Origin: Eledone cirrhosa
Taxonomy: Eukaryota
Direction: 5' to 3'
Length of the DNA: 64,000 bases
NCBI GenBank assembly: GCA_964016885.1
Contig: OZ024745.1
Span: 37,014,001 to 37,078,000, forward strand
Position 1 is the first letter of the stretch, and every line of letters begins with the position of its first letter. The position numbers and the translations under genes are program-made. Below, piece after piece: positions 48,966-61,807 of the stretch. The notes below the pieces were generated by a model that was given only the letters and a program-made list of their open reading frames with translations, made no database searches and was not told where the DNA came from.

Positions 48966-49946
48966 AACCACATCCAATTCACAATGGAATACATTCAAGA
49001 TCAACTCCCATTTCTGGACATCTTAATCTTAAAAAAAGACACAAATATCGAAACTGACATACACTACAAACCAACAGATTCCAAACAATATCTGCTATTC
49101 ACCTCCAACCATCCAAAGCACACGAAGACGAACATTCCTTTTAACCTAGCAAGAAGAATTTGCACAATTGTCTCCAATTATGAAACGCGAAATAAAAGAC
49201 TTCAAGAATTAAAGGAAATTCTACTCGAGAGAGAGTACCCACTATTACTAATAAATAATGGAATAGAAAGGGCTAAAGCAATAGGCATTGATGAATTACG
49301 GAAACGGAAACAGAAACAAATTCAAGGTACGTCCAATATTCTATCATATATCTCAACACACAACCCAAGAAATGCGGAAGCTTACAACACTATTCACAAG
49401 AACATCCCACTACTAAAACAAAACCCAAGAATGAAAAAAGCCCTTGAAACACACAAAATAATCAAAAGCAAAAGACAACCAAAATCACTGAAAACATTAC
49501 TCACCAATGCCAAATTACCTACCACAAACCCACAACCAAGTATCAAAAAATGTGGTCGCTCTAATTGTGGAACCTGCACTCACCTCATTGAAGGCAACAC
49601 GTATACATTTAAATCAGGACAAAATTTTACTGTAAAAAATCACTTCACTTGCTCATCAAAAAATCTAATTTATGCCATTAAATGTAAAGGATGCATTGAA
49701 GATTATATAGGACAAACTAAACTCACACTCAGAAACAGAATGACAGTTCATCGCCAACAATTACGAGATCCAACCACGAGACAGATACCACTAAGTGCAT
49801 ATCTAGACATTTGCGCAAGTAATAAGACACCCAAATTCCAAGTCTTCCCATTTTACCTTTGCGCTAACAATACAACAGAACAAATACGAATAAATAAAGA
49901 AAATATGTTTATTCAAAAATATAGACCAACATTAAATATGGTTTAA
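48966..49946 (+). CDS. Penelope-like RT thumb + GIY-YIG endonuclease fragment
   Basis: IQFTME..LPFLDI, YKPTD..YL.F.S.HP, CGRSNCGTC, FTC...NLIYAIKC..C...YIGQT. Confidence 0.88.
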   Translation, partial: NHIQFTMEYIQDQLPFLDILILKKDTNIETDIHYKPTDSKQYLLFTSNHPKHTKTNIPFNLARRICTIVSNYETRNKRLQELKEILLEREYPLLLINNGIERAKAIGIDELRKRKQKQIQGTSNILSYISTHNPRNAEAYNTIHKNIPLLKQNPRMKKALETHKIIKSKRQPKSLKTLLTNAKLPTTNPQPSIKKCGRSNCGTCTHLIEGNTYTFKSGQNFTVKNHFTCSSKNLIYAIKCKGCIEDYIGQTKLTLRNRMTVHRQQLRDPTTRQIPLSAYLDICASNKTPKFQVFPFYLCANNTTEQIRINKENMFIQKYRPTLNMV

Positions 49947-50408
49947 TATACATTGTCAACACCATAATATGACATACATACACACACACATAACACCTTC
50001 TACTTTAGAAAATAAAAACCCGAACTAAATAAACCTTAACATACGTTTGCACTGACAATACAACAGAACAAATACGAATAAGTAAGGAAAATATGTTCAC
50101 TCAAAAATATTCCTACTAAAGGAATCATTCCCCCCCACACACACACACTATATATATATATTCTCTTCATCTTAACATGCTAACCATACTCCCACACACA
50201 TAACACCCATGCACACACATAACAACCCCCCCACACACAACTCCCCTCCCCCATTTCTACTAATAGAACCACTTTCTTACACACATATATACACACACAC
50301 AACATATATATTCTCTCCATCTTAACATACTCGCGCACACACACATAACACCCATACACACACACACACAACTCCCTCCCCCATTTCTACTAATAGAATC
50401 ATCTTCCA

Positions 50409-50478
<70 letters not shown>

Positions 50479-51485
50479 GCACACAAATAAACATACATAT
50501 CTTTACTTCAATAGAAAATCTGAACTCTGACACCCCAGCGAACTAACCATATTCACTGAACCAGAACAATTCTCCCAATCCCATTTCTCTTGACCACTAT
50601 CTTTCCATTGTCATAACATTCTCTATAAAGGCTACAGAATAGATTTCCAAATAAGGGCGCAAACATGTAGTGAAAACTTGTTCACGTGACAGCCAAATTT
50701 CATTTATAACCAATCAAATCATGTTTATTAAAAAAAAGCCTTCTGAGCCACCTTTTTTTAAAGTAAAGAAATTCAAACACACACACACACACACGCACAC
50801 ACACACAAGCACACAAATAAACATACATATCTTTACTTTCTTTATTCAATAGAAAATCTGAATTCTGACACCCCAACGAACTAACCATATTCACTGAACC
50901 AGAACAATTCTCCCATCCCTTTCTCTTGACCATTATCTTTCACTTATCATAAAATTCTCTAAAAAGGCTACAGAATGGATTTCCAAATATGGGCACGGAA
51001 ATTTAATGAAAACTTGTTCACGTGACAGCCATAATTTCATTTATAACCAACCAAAAAAAAGCCTTTGTGAGCCCCTTTTTTCAAGTAAAAAGAAATTCAA
51101 ACACTCATATATGAAAAAAACAACCTGTGACACCCCCCTCTTATTTGAAGAACTATTGTAACGCGAACTGGCGCGAAATTTATTATAATTATTGACAAAC
51201 CAATCAAATTACTTCTCGAAAAACCTGGCATTTCGAGCCACTTTTTCCATATAAAACAAGTAACATTCAGAGACCAACCAGATGTGAGAAAAACCACAGA
51301 CCCTCCATCTCAACTCACCTTTTGAAAAGCAGAAGAACTGCGAAACCGGTAAAGGAACCAAATAAATATATATATTTAAAAAAAAATAAGACTCCAGTTG
51401 CATTTTCGATTTCATCTCTTTTTCTTTATACTTTCACTCGTGTAGGACACCTCGGTTATTTTTCATTTTGTAAAAAAACCCTCAC

Positions 51486-51493
<8 letters not shown>
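48967..51493 (+). mobile_element. 5'-truncated Penelope-like retroelement, Neptune-like, between TA tracts
   Basis: Homology starts right after a short (TA)n at ~48954-48966; 3' UTR has (CA)n, internal duplications and an HHR; ends at (TA)n. Confidence 0.85.
51318..51355 (+). ncRNA. Minimal hammerhead with a U3-A8 core in the Neptune-like 3' UTR (copies at 57153-57185 on + and 55966-55998 on -)
   Basis: CCTT TTGAAAA GCAG-AAGAA-CTGC GAA ACCGGT A^ AAGG. Confidence 0.68.
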
Positions 51494-51532
<39 letters not shown>

Positions 51533-51853
51533 GTGGGTAATATTAAATATTATCCTAATTACAAGTATGAGAATAGCTCATTGTAAAATAACAAGTATAT
51601 TAAAGAGCCGAAATACTTTATAAATAACAGTTTCTACTTTAGGCACAAGGCCAGCAATTACCCAGTGCATTACTGGTACTTTATTTTATCGACCCCGTAA
51701 GGATGAAAGGCAAAGTCAACCTCGGCGGGATTTATAAATAACAATCAAAGAGTGTTTAAAACACTTACGATCGTTTCATCCTCCGATGATTCCGGCCTTG
51801 TGCTAGTATGAAATGAGCGTAAGTGATTAAATGTTTCAAATACTCTTTGATTG

Positions 51854-52159
<306 letters not shown>

Positions 52160-52348
52160 GCACACACACACATGGTAGATACGTGTGTAACTGTAGTTAC
52201 AGGCAGTTCGACAGTTTTAGCACATAATATTGTTGAGGGGTTCCGTCTCGAGTTGGGTTTTTATTTCTGTGTAATCCTGGACTAAGGTGGCTGTAACATA
52301 CAGGGTCTAAATACAAGTAAGTAGGATTTGATTAAAGGATTTATATTA

Positions 52349-52438
52349 GCATATGACAATTGTTTCGATATTGATCTGCTCAGGGTACGATCATAACAAC
52401 CGGAATCCGACTCTGCATAGACGTCTCATCAGATATGC
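52349..52438 (-). ncRNA. Type I hammerhead with a long stem II insert
   Basis: GCATAT CTGATGA G...(~55 nt)...C GAA ACAATTGT C^ ATATGC. Confidence 0.68.
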
Positions 52439-52503
52439 GAGTTCATGTACGTAGAATACATATCTGATTGATGCATATCAATGCTAGCAAATATATAGGT
52501 TTT

Positions 52504-53252
52504 GGAATTCAGTCCACGCTTTGCTATTTTCTATCCACTGAATTATTTTTATATAAGTTTCCGGAGTCCACGCTTTGCCTGGATACTTAGCTGAGAATAG
52601 TCTTCCCTGACGACGAAATGCTTCTCAATATTTTCTTCGGAAAGTATATTTATTCCATTTCAGAAACTAATTAGTTGGGAGTGAAATTTTAGTAAGTAAG
52701 TTAATTTTATAATTTTCTTATTTTACGTCTCTCATATTATTGTTCTGCAGCCCCATGCATTGAACCACAAAGTTACTAAGACAAAACCTATATATTTGCT
52801 AGCATTGATATGCATCTGTATGTGTATATATATGTTACTAGATATTAATTCTTTATAATTATCTCCAAATTATTTGTCGAGCAATATTGGCCAAGACTGC
52901 TGCTATGGTAGCAGGCAGGCCGCTGTCTTGTTAACAAACCACTTTCCACTGATTGACCTCGATGTCACGTGATTGATTCTTTTTGAATTTGCCACGGACA
53001 CAGTAGGCAGTGATTTTCTCAATGGCTAGGAATTCAGTCCACGCTTTGCTATTTTCTATCCACTGAATTATTTTTATATAAGTTTCCAGAGTCCACGCTT
53101 TGCCTGGATACTTAGCTGAGAATAGTCTTCCCTGACGACGAAATGCTCCTCTATATTTTCTTCGGAAAGTATATTTATTCCATTTCAGAAACTAATTAAT
53201 TGGGAGTGAAATTTTAGTAAGTAAGTTAATTTTATAATTTTCTTATTTTACG

Positions 53253-53262
<10 letters not shown>
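52504..53262. repeat. ~234-bp direct repeat (52504-52737 / 53029-53262) plus a 33-bp inverted repeat (52471-52503 / 52784-52816)
   Basis: Direct comparison; offset 525. Confidence 0.88.
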
Positions 53263-54106
<844 letters not shown>

Positions 54107-54159
54107 GTGGAGAAGTATATAAAGGAGAACAAACTGTTAAAACATGTTTATTTAAACTA

Positions 54160-54202
54160 CCACCTACGTTCGTTTCGCCCGAATGGGCTTCTCAAGGGCA
54201 TA
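54160..54202 (-). ncRNA. Hammerhead-like motif with a U3-A8 core and a weak stem I
   Basis: gCCC TTGAGAA GCCC-ATTC-GGGC GAA AC-GAAC-GT A^ GGtgg. Confidence 0.55.
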
Positions 54203-54403
54203 AAAAACTAAAAAGCGTTCCTTACATGACCCAGAATGGGTTTTAGAGATAAGTTCACATCACAGTTCATTCTTCGTAAAAAAGCATGTATTGATTTTGC
54301 AGTAGGTCAGGGGGAGATAATTCTAGCCGGTGTTAGAGCAGTGTTCCCCAGGCCACTTTTCACCCGTTATTATTTTGTGGTTACTGCTTTACCACCATTG
54401 TCG

Positions 54404-54502
<99 letters not shown>

Positions 54503-55076
54503 AAAACAAATAACGAAACGAAATTAAATTTCGTTTCGTTTGTAACTCACTTTTGTATGACTGACGCTTAAACAATTAAGTTAAAAAATTACATCTACAT
54601 ATGCATACTGAAATACTAGTGTGTATATGAATACACACACGTATACATATGTATATGTAACAAGTCTTTCACTGGTTGCTTTACTGTGAGCACCCTCAAA
54701 AACCAGTGTGACTCTAAAAACCGGTTTGTCTGTGTGTTTACATACAGAATAGCTGGGTGCTCACAGTAAAGCAACCAGTGAAAGACTTGTTACATATACA
54801 TATGTATACGTGTGTGTATTCATATACACACTAGTATTTCAGTATGCATATGTAGACGTAATTTTTTAACTTAATTGTTTAAGCGTCAGTCATACAAAAG
54901 TGAGTTACAAACGAAACGAAATTTAATTTCGTTTCGTTATTTGTTTTTATCGTCTCCGCTGAACCGGTGCGTACTCACACTCTATGCAAATTAGTCTGCC
55001 CACTACTAATTTTCATAGAAAAAGCATATAACGATATGTGCTTTTACAATTCTCCAGAAGGGCCGGTAGATAGGTA

Positions 55077-55121
55077 AATATTGCTGATGAGTTGTAACAA
55101 CAACGAAACTAGTTCAATATT
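55077..55121 (+). ncRNA. Type I hammerhead ribozyme, repeat unit 1
   Basis: AATATTG CTGATGA GTTG-TAACAA-CAAC GAA ACTAGT T^ CAATATT; stem I extends to 55049-55144. Confidence 0.8.
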
Positions 55122-55542
55122 CCTTGTCTGGCTTTCTGGAGAATAGAGGGAAGGTGTTCCCTCAAAAACCAGTGTGACTCTAAAAACCGGTTTGTCTGTG
55201 TGTTTACATACAGAATAGCTGGGTGCTCACAGTAAAGCAACCAGTGAAAGACTTGTTACATATACATATGTATACGTGTGTGTATTCATATACACACTAG
55301 TATTTCAGTATGCATATGTAGACGTAATTTTTTAACTTAATTGTTTAAGCGTCAGTCATACAAAAGTGAGTTACAAACGAAACGAAATTTAATTCCGTTT
55401 CGTTATTTGTTTTTATCGTCTCCGCTGAACCGGTGCGTACTCACACTCTATGCAAATTAGTCTGCCCACTACTAATTTTCATAGAAAAAGCATATAACGA
55501 TATGTGCTTTTACAATTCTCCAGAAGGGCCGGTAGATAGGTA

Positions 55543-55587
55543 AATATTGCTGATGAGTTGTAACAACAACGAAACTAGTTCAATATT
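55543..55587 (+). ncRNA. Type I hammerhead ribozyme, repeat unit 2
   Basis: Identical to 55077-55121, 466 bp downstream. Confidence 0.8.
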
Positions 55588-55802
55588 CCTTGTCTGGCTT
55601 TCTGGAGAATAGAGGGAAGGTGTTCCCTCAAAAACCAGTGTGACTCTAAAAACCGGTTTGTCTGTGTGTTTACATACAGAATAGCTGGGTGCTCACAGTA
55701 AAGCAACCAGTGAAAGACTTGTTACATATACATATGTATACGTGTGTGTATTCATATACACACTAGTATTTCAGTATGCATATGTAGATGTAATTTTTTA
55801 AC

Positions 55803-55890
<88 letters not shown>

Positions 55891-55894
<4 letters not shown>

Positions 55895-56277
55895 AAGAAA
55901 AAAAGATGAAATCGAAAATGCAACTGGAGTCTTATTTAAAAAAAATATATATATTTATTTGGTTCCTTTACCGGTTTCGCAGTTCTGCTTTTCAAAAGTA
56001 GAGTTGAGATGGAGGGTCTGTGGTTTTTCTCACATCTGGTTGGCCTCTGAATGTTACTTGCTTTATATGGAAAAAAGTGGCTCGAAATGCCAGGTTTTTA
56101 GAAAAGTGATTTGATTGGTTGGTCAATAATTATAATAAATTTCGCGCCAGTTCGTGTTACAAAGTTCTTCAAACAAGTAATAATGTTACCTTTGCGCTGA
56201 CAATACAACAGAACAAATACGAATAAGTAAGGAAAATATGTTCATTCAAAAATATTCCTACTAAAGGAATCATTTTC

Positions 56278-56334
<57 letters not shown>

Positions 56335-57316
56335 ATATATATATATATATTCTCTTCATCTTAACATGCTAACCATACTCTCACACACATAATACCCATT
56401 CACACACATAACAACCCCCACCCCACACACACAACTCCCTCCCCCATTTCTACTAATAGAATCACTTTCCTACACACACACAAAATATATATATTCTCTC
56501 CATCTTAACATACTCCCCCCCCCCACACACACACATAACACCCATATACACACACACACAACTCTCTCCCCTATTTCTACTAATAGAAACATCTTCCAAT
56601 ACACACACATACACACACACACACAAGCACACAAATAAACATACATATCTTTACTTTCTTTATTTCAATAGAAAATCTGAATTCTGACACCCCAGCGAAC
56701 TAACCATATTCACTGAACCAGAACAATTCCCCCATCCAATTTCTCTTGACCATTATCTTTTGCTTGTCATAAAATTCTCTAAAAAGGCTACAGAATAGAT
56801 TTCCAAATAAGGGCGCGAAAATTTAATGAAAACTTGTTCACGTGACAGCCATAATTTCATTTATAACCAATCAAATTACGTTTATTAAAAAAAGCCTTCG
56901 TGAGCCCCTTTTTTCAAGTAAAAAGAAATTCAAACACTCATATATGAAAAAAACAACATGTGCCCCCCCCCCCCCTGTTTGAAGAACTTTGTAACGCGAA
57001 CTGGCGCGAAATTTATTATAATTATTGACCAACCAATCAAGTTACTTTTCTAAAAATCTGGCATTTCGAGCCACTTTTTTCCATATAAAACAAGTAACAT
57101 TCAGAGACCAACCAGATGTGAGAAAAACCACAGACCCTCCATCTCAACTCTACTTTTGAAAAGTAGAACTGCGAAACCGGTAAAGGAACCAAATAAGTAT
57201 ATATATATATTTTAAATAAGACTCCAGTTGCATTTTCGATTTTATCTTTTTTTCTTTATACATTCACTCGTGTAGGACACCTCGGTCATTTTGTAAAAAA
57301 AACCTCACTTTCTAAT
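55891..57316 (+). mobile_element. Second copy of the Neptune-like 3' UTR (56186-57316) preceded by an inverted 3'-terminal segment (55891-56176)
   Basis: Clear similarity to 49853-51493; same terminus aa(c)ctcactttctaat followed by (AT)n. Confidence 0.85.
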
Positions 57317-57865
57317 ATATATATATATAATACAAGTGGAAGGTTAGTAAAATCGAAGCTTTGGCTGTGGTCAAGCTAACGACCTACAATTAGGAATGTG
57401 CAGTAAAGCACTCAATAAGGTTGTTGCCCTTAGAGTAATAACATACGTTTAGACAGCTTGACAAATTGAAAATTGCGGCAGGTAAACGTAGCCACACAAT
57501 ACCAAAACAATGTAAAAACTAATCAGGTTTGACAACTATATATACACACACACACACACACATTTGTGCGTGTGTATAGTTGGATAGTTTGGTTCGATAG
57601 ATAGCTAGCTATATAGAGAGGTTTGGGGTCCGAATAAGCAGAAATTGGTTACAATATTTGCTTGACTATATAGGTTATAATATAGAATAACTAGACTGTG
57701 ATGACATGTATTTAGTAATGTTGGCTCAAGTGAGATAATGAGAATTATATGAACCCGAACAATATGTCAGGAATGTGTATTCTTGTCATTTCAAAACAAT
57801 TTGAATATTAGGTCATCAAACTCATGCAGTCATGCCTCTTTCAAATTACTTCATATTGTCTTTAA

Positions 57866-58091
57866 CACCTTCGTTCCTATTTTCCAATGAAAGACACTAA
57901 ATAATGTTGAAATTAATCAAGATTTGAATGAATTTAGTAATGTAACTAACATGTTATCAAAGATTCTTACATAATATGGGGATGTGAGTCTAATTTTTTT
58001 TTATTTAGATAAATATGAATACTTTAAAGCAAACAGCCTAGTATAATAGAAACAGACAGAGACAGTTTCAGACGCTTTGGCATCAAAAGGG
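57866..58091. mobile_element. TTAA-flanked MITE (piggyBac-like); relatives at ~5884-6047, ~8090-8360, 16017-16253, ~62180-62400
   Basis: TTAA on both sides; ends ...atcaaaaggg; relatives share termini or the internal gattattttcaaaattattt motif. Confidence 0.45.
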
Positions 58092-58329
58092 TTAATAATG
58101 AAGAAGACATTGTATAATGTAGTCTGGTGCACACTGTGCCTAGAAGATAGATAAAATTATATTGTCACGACTGGAATGACTTTGATCATAGCTCTACTTA
58201 GTAAAGTTCTGGGGTTAATCAACAACAACAACAACAATCACAACCACCTATCCATTTTGGGCTAGCCTGTAATGGCTGTGGGAATCTCCCTAATATTATT
58301 TATTAATTCTCTTCTCGGATGACAAGTGG

Positions 58330-58735
58330 GGCTTCTAAGATTTGACACTATTCAAACCGGTCTTTAGCAAATCTCTCTGGCTTCTGTCATGTAAGACGCA
58401 TTTCTCTCAGCTTGCCTTCAACTTTTCTACAGCAGGTGCTCTTTAGCCGACCAGGCTTCCGCTTTACAGCTGGTATCAATGTTAATGCTACCTTTAGTGC
58501 ACTACCCTTGTCTATTCTGCGTAGATGATCCTGCTACATCAACCACTGGCGTTTTGTGACAAGGACCACAATATGATGATCAACTTTATGTAAACATCTG
58601 TTTATTTGATATTTTGGCAAGTCAAATGATGCTGCACGGTCTCATTGCGGAATATTCATGCCTCCTTTTACTATTAGACAGCATTCTGAGCCATACGTTA
58701 GAACAGATTTGGTATTAAAGAGTTCCATCTTACTC
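58330..58735 (-). mobile_element. Decayed RTE-like LINE 3' fragment
   Basis: KSVLTYGSEC...DHLRR...KRKPGR, with stops and frameshifts. Confidence 0.6.
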
Positions 58736-58900
58736 CTCTGTGTGTATGTGTGTATACTTATACTTTATATATGCGTGTGCATGCTATACACACTCATGTA
58801 GTTGTGTGCCTAGGTTCATTCCAGGAAATTTAAATGGAGTATCTTTGGGTTGTCTTGCAATCAAGTGGATTTGAAGGATGTATGTATGTATGTATGTATG

Positions 58901-59049
58901 TTTCTCTTTCTCTTAATTTCGAGTATATATTTTTTTTGACCGGCCACCTTCCTGGTGGCAAGGTTGTAAAAGAAAAGAAATTGTCATCCCTTGAATCGCA
59001 AGAATGTTTTGCAAATTTTGAAGGTGCCAGCTATCGCAGCCATTTGCAG
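58901..59049 (-). mobile_element. ~150-bp 3'-end copy of the same R4/Dong-like element
   Basis: Near-identical to 59653-59800; (TATG)n on both sides. Confidence 0.85.
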
Positions 59050-59652
59050 ATGTATGTATGTATGTATGTATGTATGTATGTATGTATGTATGTATGTATG
59101 TATGTATGTATGTATGTATGTATGTGTTATATCAGAGTTTTCCTTCTCCTAGAATTCTGCCTTGACAAAGGCTAAGGGGTCATCTCTCCCGGTGAAGGAA
59201 AAAAAAGGGGTCATCTCTCTAGGAGAAGGAAAACTCTGATATAACACCTGCAATCCTGATGGTATCCAATGATGTTGACTTGTTCTTCTTTTTGGTAAAT
59301 ATCATCTTGGTTAAGAGAGTGGGACTGGCTTTGTGCAGTGCCTTTGCTCACTATAAAAGCTTCACGGCACAGGCATTGCTTTATATCTGGAGATCTCTCT
59401 GCACTTGTCGTCACATGGTACCATGGGCCCAGCACTATGTGTCAATAATTGTCACAAGTGTAGTGTTTGTACCAGAGTTTTCAAGTCGCTGGGTGGACTA
59501 AAAAGCCACACTCTTTCAGCGCATCGATAGTGGTTCTCCTACATGGATATAAAGTAGTGGCCGTACTCGAAAACGAGTTGGCAGCCACCATGTATGTATG
59601 TATGTATGTATGTATGTATGTATGTATGTATGTATGTATGTATGTATGTATG

Positions 59653-60508
59653 TTATCTCTTTCTCTTAAATTCGAGTATATTTTTTTGACCGGCCACCTT
59701 CCTGGTGGCAAGGTTGTAAAAGAAAAGAAATTGTCATCCCTTGAATCGCAAGAATGTTTTGCAAATTTTGAAGGTGCCAGCTATCGCAGCCATTTGTAGA
59801 CTATGAATTAGTGAGCTGCGCTTTTTGTCCGCAAATCCAAGTTCAGTCATACTTTGGTCCAAGCGGGTTGGTATATAACCCGTAGCTCCAATAATGATGG
59901 GTATGAAGCTAAAGGTGTATCTTGGATACTGGATTTGTAAACTCCTCATCAATGGTTCGTAGATGTCCTCCTTCGCCTGTATTTTTCTGACAACGTTTAC
60001 ATCAAGTGGGCAGCTGATCTCCACAACAGAACACGTTCTCAATGTGTGGTCCCAAACAACAATATCAGGCCGGTTGTGCTTTAATTTGGTGGCAGTTTTT
60101 ATTTTCAGGTTCCACCAGTATTCCTTAGTGCCATCTGTCTCAATATATTCTTCCTCGTTTGTTGTTAATTTTGTTTTCCGAAGTGCGTTCCAGATGGTTC
60201 TAGCTATCCCATCGTGTCTCATGGGGAGGTAGTAGCGAGATGACATTCTTTCGCAGCTGGCAACAATGTGGCTTACATCCTCGATCTTTGTTTTACATAG
60301 CCTACATTTATTGTCAGTTGCTGGCCCTCCTCTTTTGTGCGGCAGATATTTGGTAGGGAGTTCTTGTTCCTGTATTGCATAGAGATATCCCTCAAGGTGT
60401 GATGTCATAAACTTGACGGAACTCCATGCCAGGCTTTTTGAGTGGTTTATCCCCTCTATGGTTTGTGTTTTACGCCTCAAGTATCCATGCACAACCTTTT
60501 CTGTAAAA
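59653..60508 (-). mobile_element. 5'-truncated non-LTR retrotransposon with a restriction-like endonuclease (R4/Dong-like)
   Basis: ORF segment AIQEQEL, CCHC knuckle CRLC...H....C, RHD, PDIVVWD...E....K...Y; (TATG)n on both sides. Confidence 0.85.
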
Positions 60509-60804
60509 ATGTATGTATGTATGTGTGTATGTATATACATATATACACATATGCACACATGTGTGTGTCCGAAACGCAAATACTCTTTCCCTACTATATC
60601 AAGCGTTAAACTAATATATTTCGTAATTGTACTGTGTCGTTTACTTTTTGTTTCCATTACTTTTTGCAAATGTGTGTGGGTGTCCACGATATATATATAT
60701 ATAATTCTTCTTCCGCCAAGCGTGAAACTAATATACTTTATGTTTTTGCATCCTCTTGTTTGTTCGTTTCGTGTTTCCTTAACGTATATATATATAAACA
60801 TTTT

Positions 60805-60880
<76 letters not shown>

Positions 60881-60885
<5 letters not shown>

Positions 60886-61117
60886 AATTCAAAGTTTGAA
60901 AGTCACGACAATGCAGGTTTGGACGGAAAATAATTAAATCGTAAGAAACAGGGCTTGTTTTTTTTACCGTAATGTATTCATATCCTGATGTTTCGAGATT
61001 AATATCTCTTCTTCCAAGGAAAATAAAGGAACTATTCCAATGCCCGATGTGGCTTGCGATTTAATTATTCTCCGTCACACATGCATTGTCGTGGCTTTCA
61101 AACTTTGAATTCTTTAT
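60881..61117. repeat. Imperfect long inverted repeat next to (TA)n
   Basis: taaagaattcaaagtttgaaagtcacgacaatgca... versus ...tgcattgtcgtggctttcaaactttgaattcttta. Confidence 0.8.
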
Positions 61118-61222
61118 ACCCTATACAATGCTTCAAGTAAACTACAAATTCCTTATATATACATATATATGTAATATATATATATATATATCGCGTCTAT
61201 CTGATAGATATATATATATACG

Positions 61223-61270
<48 letters not shown>

Positions 61271-61394
61271 AGGTAGACGCGCTCCATCATCCACTTTTGT
61301 AAAAAATAAATCATACACAAAACGCCAGCACCAACAGTTTTGCAAGAGATGTCAACATGAATGGACCTGTTATTTTTAATCTAAAGACATTTCT

Positions 61395-61430
61395 TCTTCT
61401 GATGAAGGACTAGCGTCCGAAACTTTAAGA
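61395..61430 (+). ncRNA. Minimal Penelope-type hammerhead-like motif
   Basis: TCTT CTGATGA A GGAC-TAGC-GTCC GAA ACTTT AAGA; stem III vestigial. Confidence 0.5.
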
Positions 61431-61518
61431 CCCTCTTCCTGCTATATCAAGCGTTAACCTAATATATCCCTTCCATAAACTGTAACGATTGTGTTGTTAT
61501 TTCTGTTTAACTTTTACA

Positions 61519-61767
61519 TGTGTTGAAACCGATAGTGTTATACTTTGGGAGAGTCATGTTGCCAATAAGAAACACACGCACCAGTTGCTTTCACTTCAAT
61601 TTATTATAATAAATTTATAAATTTAGGAATTTATAAATTTCTGGTTGGTTGGTTGGTTCCACAACCAGATAGTTGTTTATATATTGTCAAAGTTCTTTCG
61701 TCTGGTGCGTGTGTTTCTTATTGGCAACATGACTCTCCCAAAGTATAACACTATCGGTTTCAACACA
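61519..61767. repeat. Perfect 66-bp inverted repeat with a 117-bp spacer
   Basis: 61519-61584 is the reverse complement of 61702-61767. Confidence 0.9.
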
Positions 61768-61807
61768 CGTTTTCAGATAAAGAATCTTGCTAAACAAATT
61801 CAGAAAC

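Larger units (their letters stand above)
54693..55807 (+). repeat. 466-bp tandem repeat (~2.4 units), retrozyme / Penelope pLTR-like, with an inverted partial copy at 54500-54695
   Basis: ccctcaaaaaccag at 54693, 55159 and 55625; 54500-54695 is the reverse complement of 54755-54950. Confidence 0.92.

Noticed and set aside
51778-51825. CCGATGA...GAAATGAGCGTA inside a hairpin next to (TA)n
   Set aside because: Core and stems too degenerate to call, though it may be a decayed HHR
52606-52620. CTGACGACGAAATG (also at ~53131) as a hammerhead
   Set aside because: No stem II and no convincing stem I or III
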